Shown here: piece by piece, positions 50,168 to 59,548 of the stretch
How positions within the stretch are numbered: position 1 is the stretch's first letter
How the letters are laid out: the number at the start of each line of letters is the position of its first letter
Assembly (NCBI GenBank): GCA_020435415.1
Contig: JAGQZQ010000001.1
Span: forward strand, 26,228 to 90,227
DNA length: 64,000 nt
Reading direction: 5' to 3'
Origin: Flavobacteriales bacterium
GTDB lineage: Bacteria > Bacteroidota > Bacteroidia > JACJYZ01
Translations under genes and position numbers: made by a program
The notes under the pieces: generated by a model
Told to the model about the DNA's origin: nothing
The model's input: the letters and a program-made list of their open reading frames with translations, nothing else
The model's database searches: none

Positions 50168-51409
50168 ATGATTTTTCTCCGGCTGGTACGTGAAAGTGTG
50201 ATGTTTGCCCTGCATGCCTTGTGGGTGAACAAGCTACGCACCATCCTCTCGCTTTTGGGGATTACCATCGGCATCTTTGCAATCATCGCGGTTTTCACGG
50301 GCATCGATTCGCTGGAGATCAACATGCGTAAGAGTTTTGATAAGCTGGGCACCAATGTTGTTTATGTTCAGAAATGGCCATGGACCTTCGGCCCCAACTA
50401 TGCCTGGTGGAAATACTGGCAGCGTCCGCTCACCACCGTTGAAGAGGCGGAACTGGTTGCGGAACGGTGTCATGCCGCCAGTGAGGTGGCATTCCAGGCG
50501 AGCGATAACGGAACGGTCAAATACCGCAACAACAGTGCCGACAGGGTTACCATCCTGGCGGTTTCCCAAACGATGGATCGCATCCAGAATTACGAGTTCA
50601 GTGAAGGGCGGTTTTTCAGTGAGATCGAGTCTGCCGGAGGACGTAACCTGGCTATATTGGGTGCGAATATAGCTTCCAGTCTTTTCCCGCTTGGCAATGC
50701 CCTCGGTAAGAATATCAAGGTCATGGGACGCAGTGTTCGTGTAGTGGGTGTTCTCAAGAAGGAAGGGGAAAGTATGTTTGATACCGGTGGAGACAATACG
50801 GTGATCATCCCACTGAAATTCGCCGGAAACATCATGTACATCAAAGGTCCGGCGGCCAACCCCATGATCATGGTGCAGGCCAGACCGGGCATACCCAACT
50901 CCGAACTCATCAGTGAACTGGAGGGTGTGATGCGCTCCATCCGTAAGATCCGTCCGGGCGAAGAATCCAACTTTGCGTTAAATGAATCAAAGCTGCTCAC
51001 CAATAACTTCAGCGGGATTTTTACTGTGCTCAGTCTGGTTGGACTGATCATTGGTGGGTTCTCCATTCTGGTAGGTGGGATCGGCATCGCCAACATCATG
51101 TTCGTGTCTGTAAAGGAACGTACCAATCTGATCGGTATTCAGAAAGCCATCGGAGCGAAGAGCCACTTTATCCTGATCCAGTTCCTTTCCGAATCCATCA
51201 CGTTGTGTCTGATCGGCGGCTTTTTCGGACTGATGATCGTTTGGTTTGGTACTATTGTAGCCAGCTCCCTTCTGGACATGGAGTTCTCGCTTACCTTCGG
51301 AAATGTGATGATCGGGGTGCTGGCATCCGGACTGATCGGGGTGATCTTCGGCTTTATTCCGGCATGGATGGCATCCAGGATGGACCCGGTTGAAGCGATC
51401 CGTTCTTAA
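50168..51409 (+). CDS. ABC transporter permease, FtsX/MacB-LolE family
   Basis: N-terminal TM, a large periplasmic MacB_PCD-like domain, then a C-terminal FtsX 3-TM bundle with the motif PAWMASRMDPVEAIR. Confidence 0.8.
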   Translation: MIFLRLVRESVMFALHALWVNKLRTILSLLGITIGIFAIIAVFTGIDSLEINMRKSFDKLGTNVVYVQKWPWTFGPNYAWWKYWQRPLTTVEEAELVAERCHAASEVAFQASDNGTVKYRNNSADRVTILAVSQTMDRIQNYEFSEGRFFSEIESAGGRNLAILGANIASSLFPLGNALGKNIKVMGRSVRVVGVLKKEGESMFDTGGDNTVIIPLKFAGNIMYIKGPAANPMIMVQARPGIPNSELISELEGVMRSIRKIRPGEESNFALNESKLLTNNFSGIFTVLSLVGLIIGGFSILVGGIGIANIMFVSVKERTNLIGIQKAIGAKSHFILIQFLSESITLCLIGGFFGLMIVWFGTIVASSLLDMEFSLTFGNVMIGVLASGLIGVIFGFIPAWMASRMDPVEAIRS

Positions 51410-54400
51410 GTCTGTTGCACCTTCTCCGGTTTTCCAACGATTTCCCCCAGCAAGTTCAGTGCCTGCTCCACCGAATGAATCCCCCTTACGATCAACCGCA
51501 GGGTTTCCCCACTTTCTTTCATGGCCGTATCCGCACCCCTGCGTTGCACAAAGGCAAGGATGGCGGAAAATACGGGTGACTGGTAATAGGCCTCCAGATC
51601 CTGTGGCGGAAAATGACCGATCAGGCGATCGTTCTTGAGAAATAATTTTTCGAAGCCGAGTGAAGCACCCAGCCATTTCAGCCGCATCGTGTCCAGCAGG
51701 TCCTGCACCTGTTGCGGCAGTGGTCCGAAACGATCACGCAGCTGTTCCACGAAAACCGTCAGGCCATCTTCATCTTCTACCTTGTTCAAGGACCTGTATA
51801 AAGAAAGTCGCTCGCTGATCTTGTTCACATACGTATCCGGTATCAACACTTCCAGGTCTGTCTCTATCTGACATTCATGTACAAACACACTTTCTGCTTC
51901 TTCATCTTTGAACAGCTCCCCGAATTCTTCATGCTTTAGCTCACGAATGGCCTCATCCAGAATTTTATGATATGCCTCAAATCCCATCTCTGAAATGAAG
52001 CCGCTTTGCTCTCCACCCAACAGGTTTCCAGCTCCCCGGATATCCATGTCGCGCAGGGCGATGTTAAAGCCGCTGGAGAGATCCGAGAATTCTTCGATGG
52101 CCCTCAGGCGTCTCCTGGCGTCATTGGAAAGGGTGGCCAGAGGTGGTGCCAGCAAGTAGCAAAAGGCTTTTTTGTTGGAACGTCCCACACGCCCCCGCAT
52201 CTGGTGAAGGTCACTTAAGCCATACATGTGTGCCTGATTGATGATGATGGTGTTGGCATTGGGAATATCCAATCCGGATTCGATGATGGTGGTGGCCACA
52301 AGAACATCATATTTCCCTTCAATGAAATCCACCATGATCTTCTCCAGGTGCTTTCCATCCATCTGCCCGTGAGCCACAGCAACCCTGGCGCCCGGCGCTG
52401 CGCGTTCCACCATATGTGCCACCTCATGGATGTTCTTCACGCGGTTGTGTACGAAAAATACCTGTCCACCTCTCGACAATTCATAATCCACAGCCTCTGC
52501 CACTATGGCTTCATTAAAGGGTTGGAGCTGGGTCTGGATCGGGTAGCGGTTCGGCGGTGGGGTATTGATCACCGAAAGGTCCCTCGCACCCATGAGCGAA
52601 AAGTGCAAGGTTCTCGGGATGGGTGTGGCGGTGAGGGTAAGGGTGTCCACATTCACCCGCATGGCTTTCAGTTTTTCCTTGGCGGTCACCCCGAACTTCT
52701 GCTCTTCGTCCACAATGAGGAGTCCGAGATCTTTGAACTTGACATCCTTGCTGAGCAGCCGGTGGGTGCCGATGATGATGTCGATTTTTCCCTCAGCCAG
52801 TTTCTTCAACGTTTCCTTTTGCTGGGCGGATGTCTTGAAGCGATTCAGGTAATCTACATTGCACGGAAAATCTTTCAGTCGTTCAGCGAAGGTTTTGGAA
52901 TGCTGAAGCGTAAGAATGGTGGTAGGTGCGAGAATGGCCACCTGTTTGCTGTCGGCCACGGCTTTGAACGCAGCGCGTATGGCAATCTCTGTTTTTCCGA
53001 AGCCCACATCTCCGCATATGAGGCGGTCCATCGGATGGGGTTGCTCCATGTCCTTTTTCACATCGGCGGTGGCCGTCACCTGATCGGGTGTATCTTCATA
53101 CAGGAAGGAGGCTTCCAGTTCATGCTGGAGATAGGTATCGGGTGAAAATGCCAGACCGTCCTGCATCTTGCGCTTGGCGTAGAGCGCAATCAGGTCCTTG
53201 GCGATGTCCTTGACCTTCTTTTTGGTTTTGGACTTGAGATTGGACCAGGCCTTGGACCCAAGCTTGTTGATCTTGGGCACGTGGCCTTCCTTGCCCGAAA
53301 AGCGCATGATGCGATGAAGCGAATGAATGCTTACGTAGAGGATATCGCTGTCCTGGTAGGTTAACCGCACGGCTTCCTGTTTCCTGCCGTTGACATCAAT
53401 TGTTTCCAGTCCATCAAACCGGCCCACACCATGGTCGATGTGCGTGACAAAATCGCCCGGTTTCAGGTCATAGAGTTCCTTAAGCGTAAGCGCCTGGCTG
53501 CCGGTAAAACCGGTCTTCAGTCGGTACTTATGATACCTGTTGAATATCTGGTGATCCGTATAGCAGGCATATTTCAGTCCTTCATCAATGAACCCTTCAT
53601 GAAGTGATTTCGCATAGGGCTGAAAGTGGCGGTCTTCCTTTCCTTCAGGCGCAATGTCATCCAGAATGGCATAAATGCGCTCTATCTGTTTGGCATGATC
53701 CGCGAAGATGATGTTACGGTAACCTTTCTTATTACAGGAAGCGATGTCATCGGCAAGCAGCTCAAAATTTTTGTTGAATGATGGCTGGGGGTGCAGGTCA
53801 AAATTAATGGTATCATCCACCTGACCGTTGTATCGCCCGAAGATCACCTGCCGCCACGGCTTCCATACTGCATCAATTTCTTCATAGGTAGCCAGCACCT
53901 GCGTCGGTTGCGGTTGCTCTTCCCTTTTCTCTAATCCATCGTACGCCTTCACACATTGCGTCATTTCCTGCTCCAGGCGATCTCTGACCAATTCCGGATG
54001 ACGTATCCACAGGGTGGCGTTCTCCATCAACAACGGAAAGGGTGCCTTTTGATCCAAAACCTTTTCTTCATGGAAATCCGGCACGATAGACAGGCGGTCA
54101 AGCATGGAAACAGAAAGCTGCGTGTCCGGTTCGAATGTTCTGAGTGATGAGATATGATCATCGATCCATTCTATGCGGTAAGGAAATTCATGGTGAAACG
54201 TATAGACGTCAACGATGCCTCCGCGGATAGAAAACTGTCCGGGTTCATAAACAAAATCCACCGCCTCAAAACCGAAAGAGAACAGCTTCTCACGCATTTC
54301 CTCGATGTCTCCTTCCTGGTCCAACTGGAGGTCAATGCGCTTGTCGCGGTATCGCCTGCCCGGCCATATTTTCTCTGCCAGGGCTTCAGGGAAGGTGACG

Positions 54401-54780
54401 ATGGCCAGTCCTCTTTTATTGGGCTTACCTGCCCGTTCCATCACCTCATTCCGTGTGATCACGTTGCTGTTGATGCGTGGGCCGTAATACTGCCGGTACG
54501 ACTCCGGAAAGAACATGGCTTGTCCGGGTGCAAGCACCGTTTGAAGATCATTGTAAAAATATGCTGCTTCCTCTTTATCGTCGAGTACGAAGAGGTGTAT
54601 GCCACCTGATTGTGATAGCACCTGTGAGAAATACACCGGAAGAGCACTTCCGATGAGGCCGGTCAGATGAAGGTGTTGCGGTTGCTCGTTCTGAAGGCCA
54701 TTCAGAATCCGGTGAACCTGATCGGTTTCTTTAAATGATTGAAGAAAGGTATCAAATGCAAACGTTTCGCCGGAATTCAC
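51406..54780 (-). CDS. mfd: Transcription-repair coupling factor
   Basis: 1124 aa. UvrB-homology N-terminus, RNAP-interaction domain, superfamily-2 helicase motifs (GDVGFGKTE, DEEQKFG), and a TRCF C-terminus. Confidence 0.95.
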   Translation of the reverse strand: MNSGETFAFDTFLQSFKETDQVHRILNGLQNEQPQHLHLTGLIGSALPVYFSQVLSQSGGIHLFVLDDKEEAAYFYNDLQTVLAPGQAMFFPESYRQYYGPRINSNVITRNEVMERAGKPNKRGLAIVTFPEALAEKIWPGRRYRDKRIDLQLDQEGDIEEMREKLFSFGFEAVDFVYEPGQFSIRGGIVDVYTFHHEFPYRIEWIDDHISSLRTFEPDTQLSVSMLDRLSIVPDFHEEKVLDQKAPFPLLMENATLWIRHPELVRDRLEQEMTQCVKAYDGLEKREEQPQPTQVLATYEEIDAVWKPWRQVIFGRYNGQVDDTINFDLHPQPSFNKNFELLADDIASCNKKGYRNIIFADHAKQIERIYAILDDIAPEGKEDRHFQPYAKSLHEGFIDEGLKYACYTDHQIFNRYHKYRLKTGFTGSQALTLKELYDLKPGDFVTHIDHGVGRFDGLETIDVNGRKQEAVRLTYQDSDILYVSIHSLHRIMRFSGKEGHVPKINKLGSKAWSNLKSKTKKKVKDIAKDLIALYAKRKMQDGLAFSPDTYLQHELEASFLYEDTPDQVTATADVKKDMEQPHPMDRLICGDVGFGKTEIAIRAAFKAVADSKQVAILAPTTILTLQHSKTFAERLKDFPCNVDYLNRFKTSAQQKETLKKLAEGKIDIIIGTHRLLSKDVKFKDLGLLIVDEEQKFGVTAKEKLKAMRVNVDTLTLTATPIPRTLHFSLMGARDLSVINTPPPNRYPIQTQLQPFNEAIVAEAVDYELSRGGQVFFVHNRVKNIHEVAHMVERAAPGARVAVAHGQMDGKHLEKIMVDFIEGKYDVLVATTIIESGLDIPNANTIIINQAHMYGLSDLHQMRGRVGRSNKKAFCYLLAPPLATLSNDARRRLRAIEEFSDLSSGFNIALRDMDIRGAGNLLGGEQSGFISEMGFEAYHKILDEAIRELKHEEFGELFKDEEAESVFVHECQIETDLEVLIPDTYVNKISERLSLYRSLNKVEDEDGLTVFVEQLRDRFGPLPQQVQDLLDTMRLKWLGASLGFEKLFLKNDRLIGHFPPQDLEAYYQSPVFSAILAFVQRRGADTAMKESGETLRLIVRGIHSVEQALNLLGEIVGKPEKVQQT

Positions 54781-54795
54781 AGGTCAATCTCCTCT

Positions 54796-55830
54796 TCAGG
54801 CCGGCACTTTCTTTCCGGCGGCAATAAATTCCATCACCTTGTTCACCATCTCTTCTGAGCCTACGATGTAGGGAACGCGTTGGTGAATATCGGTCGGCTT
54901 GATGTCCATGATGCGTCCGTGACCATCGGTGGCCACACCACCTGCCTGTTCCGCGATAAAGGCCAGCGGGTTGCATTCGTACAGCAGACGGAGTTTTCCC
55001 TGGGGGTTCTTTGCGGTGGACGGATAAATAAATATCCCTCCCTTGATCAGGTTGCGGTGAAAATCGGCCACCAGCGAACCGATGTATCTTGAAGACAACG
55101 GACGACCGGTGGCGCTGTCTTCCTCCTGACAATACTTGATGTATTTTTTTACTCCTTCGGGAAAATGCACATAGTTCCCTTCATTGATGGAATATATCTT
55201 ACCGTCTTTGGGAATGGTCAGATCGGGATGTGACAGGCAGAACTCACCGATGGACGGGTCCAGGGTAAAGCCATTCACGCCACGTCCTGTGGTGTATACC
55301 ATCATGGTAGAAGAACCGTAGATCACGTAACCTGCGGCCACCTGCTCGGTTCCGGGCTGAAGGAAATCTTCCAGGTTACCCGGTCCGGAAAGCGACACAC
55401 GGCGGTAGATTGAAAATATCGTTCCGATGGAAACATTCACATCGATATTGGACGAGCCGTCAAGCGGATCAAAGACCACCACATACTTTGCATTATCCGA
55501 AATGCTGCCATCGAAAGGGATGAGGTCTTCATTCTCTTCAGATGCCACGGCACAACACTCTCCTCCGGATTTCAGCGCGGCGATGAACTGTTCATTGGCA
55601 AACACATCCAGCTTCTTCACTTCTTCCCCCTGCACATTCACGCTGCCGTCCTCACCGAGAATATCCACCAGTCCGGCCTTGTTCACCGCACGGTTCACAA
55701 TCTTGGCCGCCAGACCGATATCGCTGAGCAATCTGGACAGCTCTCCCCTCGAATAAGGGAACTCCGCCTGGCGCTCGATAATGAACTCGTTGAGGGTGGT
55801 TACATGTTTGTCTTTGTTCAATCCTACCAT
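54796..55830 (-). CDS. fbp: Fructose-1,6-bisphosphatase class 1
   Basis: N-terminus TLNEFII...GELS.LL and metal-binding DPLDGSSN, typical of FBPase I. Confidence 0.9.
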   Translation of the reverse strand: MVGLNKDKHVTTLNEFIIERQAEFPYSRGELSRLLSDIGLAAKIVNRAVNKAGLVDILGEDGSVNVQGEEVKKLDVFANEQFIAALKSGGECCAVASEENEDLIPFDGSISDNAKYVVVFDPLDGSSNIDVNVSIGTIFSIYRRVSLSGPGNLEDFLQPGTEQVAAGYVIYGSSTMMVYTTGRGVNGFTLDPSIGEFCLSHPDLTIPKDGKIYSINEGNYVHFPEGVKKYIKYCQEEDSATGRPLSSRYIGSLVADFHRNLIKGGIFIYPSTAKNPQGKLRLLYECNPLAFIAEQAGGVATDGHGRIMDIKPTDIHQRVPYIVGSEEMVNKVMEFIAAGKKVPA

Positions 55831-55902
55831 AACTGATGTTTTAATACCTCACAAATATCGGAATTATCGGCCAATACAGGAAATCTAACGGTTTATGGTC
55901 TA

Positions 55903-55960
55903 AAGTTTAAGGTTTAATGTTTAAGGTTGGTCCGAACCTTAAACATTAAACCTTAAACCT
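55903..55960. promoter_or_regulatory. Perfect inverted repeat, 26-bp arms around a 6-nt spacer, in the fbp / GNAT divergent promoter region
   Basis: Left arm 55903-55928 (aagtttaaggtttaatgtttaaggtt), spacer ggtccg, right arm 55935-55960. The right arm is the exact reverse complement of the left. Confidence 0.8.
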
Positions 55961-56000
55961 TAAACCATCTATTCCTTACCTTTGACACAAATTACAGCCC

Positions 56001-56480
56001 ATGAACTTCACGATAAGAAAAGCGGTGCGGGAAGATGTTCCCGACCTGTTGCGCCTGATACGCGAATTGGCCTTGTATGAAAAAGCACCTGATGAGGTCA
56101 CCGTAACCGAAGAAGAACTTGCCCGTGACGGCTTCGGTGACAAGCCCATCTTCGATGCCATTGTCGCCGAAACGCCGGAACGGATCGTAGGGATGGCCCT
56201 GTACTTCCCGGTATACTCCACCTGGAAAGGCAAGTGCATTTATCTTGACGACCTGATCGTGGAAGAATCCATGCGGGGCAGCGGTATCGGAAAAGCTTTG
56301 TTAACGGAACTCATGCGCATCAGCAAAGCCTTCGGTGCACGCCGACTGGCATGGCAGGTGCTGGACTGGAACGAACCCGCCATTAAGTTTTATGAAAGTC
56401 TGGGGAGCCAGCTGGATGGCACCTGGATCAACTGCAAGCTGACGGGTGAGCAGCTGCATGAGATGGAACTTACCCGTTAA
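56001..56480 (+). CDS. GNAT-family N-acetyltransferase
   Basis: 159 aa. Acetyl-CoA binding motif (R/Q)xxGxG/A is RGSGIGKALL. Confidence 0.8.
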   Translation: MNFTIRKAVREDVPDLLRLIRELALYEKAPDEVTVTEEELARDGFGDKPIFDAIVAETPERIVGMALYFPVYSTWKGKCIYLDDLIVEESMRGSGIGKALLTELMRISKAFGARRLAWQVLDWNEPAIKFYESLGSQLDGTWINCKLTGEQLHEMELTR

Positions 56481-56679
56481 AAGTTTGTGGTTTGCTTCGT
56501 CCTCCATAGCTTTAGCGAAGGAGGGTGGTTTGTAGTTTGTGGTTCGGTGTCAAACGTTAATCATTATGCAAAGTTGTTTTACCTGATCATATGCGCCAAA
56601 CCAATGCTTAAGGATTCTTCCGGGACTCCTCGTGTCAACTACAAACTAGAAACCAGAAACTAGAAACCACATTAATTAT

Positions 56680-57945
56680 ATGAAAGTATTCAAGTTTGGG
56701 GGCGCATCGGTGAAAGATGCTGATTCCGTGAAGAACGTCGCCCGTGTGTTGAAGCAATTTCCTGAGGAGTCACTTGTGGTGGTGGTATCGGCCATGGGCA
56801 AAACCACGAACGAACTCGAAAAGCTGGTGGCATGTCACCTCCAGGGCCACAAAAACAAAACACTCAAACAACTCAAGTTTATCCGCGACTTTCACATGAC
56901 CATCGTGAATGGACTGTTCGGAAAAGAAGATGCGGTCGAAGGTCTGGAAAACCTTTTAAGTGAACTGGAAACCCGGTCCCTGAAGAAACCCACTACCAAC
57001 GAAGATTTCGCTTATGATCAGATCGTATGCTACGGCGAACTCATTTCCACCCGCATCGTGGCAGCCTACCTGAACAACGTGGGCATGTCCTGCACATGGT
57101 GGGATGCGCGCGACCTTATCCTCACGGACAGCACCTACCGCGAAGGGAAAGTCAACTGGAAAGTGACGCGGGAACGGGTACGCAAAAACCTGTTGCCGAA
57201 ACGTAAAAAACATATTTCCCTCACCCAGGGTTTCATCGGTAGCACTTCCCAAAAACATACGACAACACTGGGCCGGGAAGGATCCGATTATACCGCTGCC
57301 ATCCTTGCCCACACCCTCGAGGCGGAAGAAGTGACCATCTGGAAAGATGTACCCGGCGTACTCAATGCCGATCCCAAGTGGTTTGATGACACGGTTCTCC
57401 TCCCCCAGCTGTCTTACCGTGATGCCATTGAGCTCTCCTATTACGGCGCCACCGTCATTCACCCGAAGACCATCCAGCCTTTACAAAACAAGAAAATCCC
57501 GTTGCGGGTGAGGTCGTTCGTGAACCCGAAAGCCAAGGGCACCGTCATCGCTGAAGCGCATTACCGCAAACTCATCCCATCATTCATCTTCCGAATCGAC
57601 CAGGCTTTGCTGTCCATCCAGGCAAAGGATTTCTCTTTCATCGCCGAGGATAACCTGAGCTTGATCTTCAGTCTGTTCGCCAAACACCGCATCAAAATCA
57701 ACGTGATGCAAAACAGCGCCATCTCCTTTCTGGTAGCAATGGATAACAACAAAAAGAAGGTCTCCGCCCTGACAAAAGACTTGTCTAAACACTTCAATGT
57801 ACAAAGCCAAACCGGGCACCTGGAGCTGATCACCATCAGGTATTACGATCAGAAAACCATCGACCGCGTTTGCATCAACAAGGAAATTCTACTGGAACAA
57901 AAAGGACCGGAGAATGTGCAGCTGGTGGTGAAGGATAGGGGGTGA
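56680..57945 (+). CDS. lysC: Aspartate kinase
   Basis: N-terminus KFGGASV is the amino-acid kinase fold. C-terminal ACT-like regulatory region. 421 aa. Confidence 0.85.
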   Translation: MKVFKFGGASVKDADSVKNVARVLKQFPEESLVVVVSAMGKTTNELEKLVACHLQGHKNKTLKQLKFIRDFHMTIVNGLFGKEDAVEGLENLLSELETRSLKKPTTNEDFAYDQIVCYGELISTRIVAAYLNNVGMSCTWWDARDLILTDSTYREGKVNWKVTRERVRKNLLPKRKKHISLTQGFIGSTSQKHTTTLGREGSDYTAAILAHTLEAEEVTIWKDVPGVLNADPKWFDDTVLLPQLSYRDAIELSYYGATVIHPKTIQPLQNKKIPLRVRSFVNPKAKGTVIAEAHYRKLIPSFIFRIDQALLSIQAKDFSFIAEDNLSLIFSLFAKHRIKINVMQNSAISFLVAMDNNKKKVSALTKDLSKHFNVQSQTGHLELITIRYYDQKTIDRVCINKEILLEQKGPENVQLVVKDRG

Positions 57946-57992
57946 TGTGATGATGTGGTGATGTGGTGATGTGGTGATTTGGTGATGTTGAT
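57941..57992. repeat. (GGTGATGT)n octamer repeat starting at the lysC stop codon
   Basis: ggtgatgtgatgatgtggtgatgtggtgatgtggtgatttggtgatgttgat: about 6 units. Confidence 0.8.
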
Positions 57993-58008
57993 CTGAAGAA
58001 GAAACAAT

Positions 58009-58245
58009 TTATCCATCCGCAAGCGCCTCAAATTCCTTTCTTTTATTTTCAAACCACTCCTGCATAGCCTTTGGATTCTGCATCAGTTCCTGCATTTCAT
58101 CCATGGCTTTGAGGTGAGCGGTATCCCCTTTCTGAAACATTTCCCTTCCATGTTGTTTGCTTAATTCCGCCATCTCCTCGAAAGTGTTCGCGTGAAATTC
58201 CTGGTCGCATGCGCCGCCCAGTTGTTTGCATGTCATGGTTTTCAT
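58009..58245 (-). CDS. DUF1059-family small protein, copy 1
   Basis: MKTMTCKQLGGACDQEF... is a conserved DUF1059 N-terminus. 78 aa. Confidence 0.7.
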   Translation of the reverse strand: MKTMTCKQLGGACDQEFHANTFEEMAELSKQHGREMFQKGDTAHLKAMDEMQELMQNPKAMQEWFENKRKEFEALADG

Positions 58246-58281
58246 GATGTTGGTGTTGGTTCCGTTTACTTAATCCCAAAC

Positions 58282-58307
58282 TATGCAATAGAAAATTTTC
58301 TATTGCA
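58282..58307. promoter_or_regulatory. 13/13 perfect palindrome with no spacer
   Basis: atgcaatagaaaa|ttttctattgcat, 37 nt upstream of the DUF1059 copy-1 start and downstream of higA. Confidence 0.6.
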
Positions 58308-58378
58308 TGATTTTGGGGTTAACAACGCAAATACAATAGCCGCATAAAGCAAGGAATGTACCAAACCTACCGAGATCT

Positions 58379-58678
58379 TCAGGCAGCATTGTCGTTATAA
58401 TATTTGATCTGTTTTAATACTCCGGCCTTCTTTTCCCTTTCCTCCTCCAGGTCATAGTCATCCTGCAGTCCGAGCCAGAACTTGGCAGTGGTTCCGAAAT
58501 ACCGGCTTAACCTGAGAGCGGTATCCGCAGTGATTCTCCTGTTTCCCTTGATAATCTCTGAAGTCCTTGTTTGTGGTATTTCAATGTCTTTTGACAAACG
58601 ATAAGCACTTATGTTCAACGGAATCAGAAACTCTTCCAACAAAATTTCACCGGGGTGTATGTTTGGTAGCTTGGCCAT
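58379..58678 (-). CDS. higA: HigA-type antitoxin (XRE-family HTH)
   Basis: 99 aa. HPGEILLEEFL...SAYRLSKDIEIPQTRTSEIIKGNRRIT is a HigA/VapI HTH. Located downstream of the toxin gene, which is HigBA order. Confidence 0.8.
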   Translation of the reverse strand: MAKLPNIHPGEILLEEFLIPLNISAYRLSKDIEIPQTRTSEIIKGNRRITADTALRLSRYFGTTAKFWLGLQDDYDLEEEREKKAGVLKQIKYYNDNAA

Positions 58679-58689
58679 GATTCAAGATT

Positions 58690-58971
58690 TTAGTGATAGT
58701 CCATTATTTCAACTTCCGAGGCTTGCCCGTTATTCCATCGAAAAACAATTCGCCATTGATCATTGATCCGGATGCTGTAGAAGTTTTTATGTGCACCTTG
58801 CAATTTCTCTAATCTGTTCGCCGGAGGCACCCGCAAGTCTCCTATGTTCTGTGCATTATTCAACATTCTGAGTTTTCTTCTTCCAACCTTTTGAATCTCC
58901 AATGGCAATTGTTTTACCCGATCACCATTCCAGATACTTTCTGTTTCCTTTGATCCAAATGACACAATCAT
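58690..58971 (-). CDS. higB: HigB-type toxin (RelE/ParE superfamily)
   Basis: 93 aa. Resembles the plasmid-maintenance killer protein HigB. Toxin gene comes first, antitoxin second. ATG lies 1 nt after the stop of DUF1059 copy 2. Confidence 0.75.
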   Translation of the reverse strand: MIVSFGSKETESIWNGDRVKQLPLEIQKVGRRKLRMLNNAQNIGDLRVPPANRLEKLQGAHKNFYSIRINDQWRIVFRWNNGQASEVEIMDYH

Positions 58972-58972
58972 A

Positions 58973-59248
58973 CTAACGCATTACATTAGTAACGTTAAAA
59001 GTAACCAATATGTTTCGATTTAAAAAGAAGCTTTCTTTCTCAAATTCCTTTCTCTTGTTTTCAAACCAGTCCTGCATGGCTTTTGGATCCTGCATCAGTT
59101 CCTGCATTTCGTTCATGGCTTTGAGGTGTGCTTCATCGCCTTTCTGAAGCATTTCCCTTCCGTGTTGCTTGCTTAATTCCGCCATCTCCTCGAAAGTATC
59201 CGCCTGGAACTCCTGGTCGCATGCACCACCCAGTTGATTGCATGTCAT
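58973..59248 (-). CDS. DUF1059-family small protein, copy 2, with a divergent C-terminal tail
   Basis: About 88% nt identity to copy 1 over about 210 nt. The upstream ATG of copy 1 is CTG here, so the start is set at the MTCNQ ATG. The last 21 aa are unrelated and run up to the higB start. Confidence 0.55.
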   Translation of the reverse strand: MTCNQLGGACDQEFQADTFEEMAELSKQHGREMLQKGDEAHLKAMNEMQELMQDPKAMQDWFENKRKEFEKESFFLNRNILVTFNVTNVMR

Positions 59249-59386
59249 TGTTTTCAGCTTATTTCGTGCGTACCTCAATTCGCATTATCATTGGTTAATG
59301 ATAGGGTAGCTGTAAGCTACAGAATAGTACGACGAAGGTGCACCTGTCCCGGTATCGCAATGATCCGGGAACCTTCGCCGAACCTC

Positions 59387-59467
59387 CACATCACACATCA
59401 CACATCACACATCACACATCATACATCATACATCACACATCATACATCATACATCATACATCATACA
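59387..59467. repeat. (CACATCA / TACATCA)n heptamer microsatellite, about 12 units
   Basis: cacatcacacatcacacatcacacatcatacatcatacatcacacatcatacatcat...: its reverse complement is (TGATGTG)n on the minus strand, downstream of the 2-hydroxyacid dehydrogenase gene. Confidence 0.85.
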
Positions 59468-59548
59468 CCCCCCGCGTACCCCTGGGCAAACCTTCCCCCG
59501 TCAACCCGACGCGTTACGCACTGCCTCCTGCCTCCTGCCTACTGCCTA

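Noticed and set aside
56481-56679. A lysine riboswitch (L-box) upstream of lysC
   Set aside because: I could not find the conserved L-box helices or motifs by eye. Only a TGGTTTGT/GAAACCA-type direct repeat is present. A covariance-model scan would be needed to settle it.
59387-59467. A possible CRISPR or minisatellite
   Set aside because: It is a pure heptamer microsatellite with no spacers. It is reported as a repeat instead.
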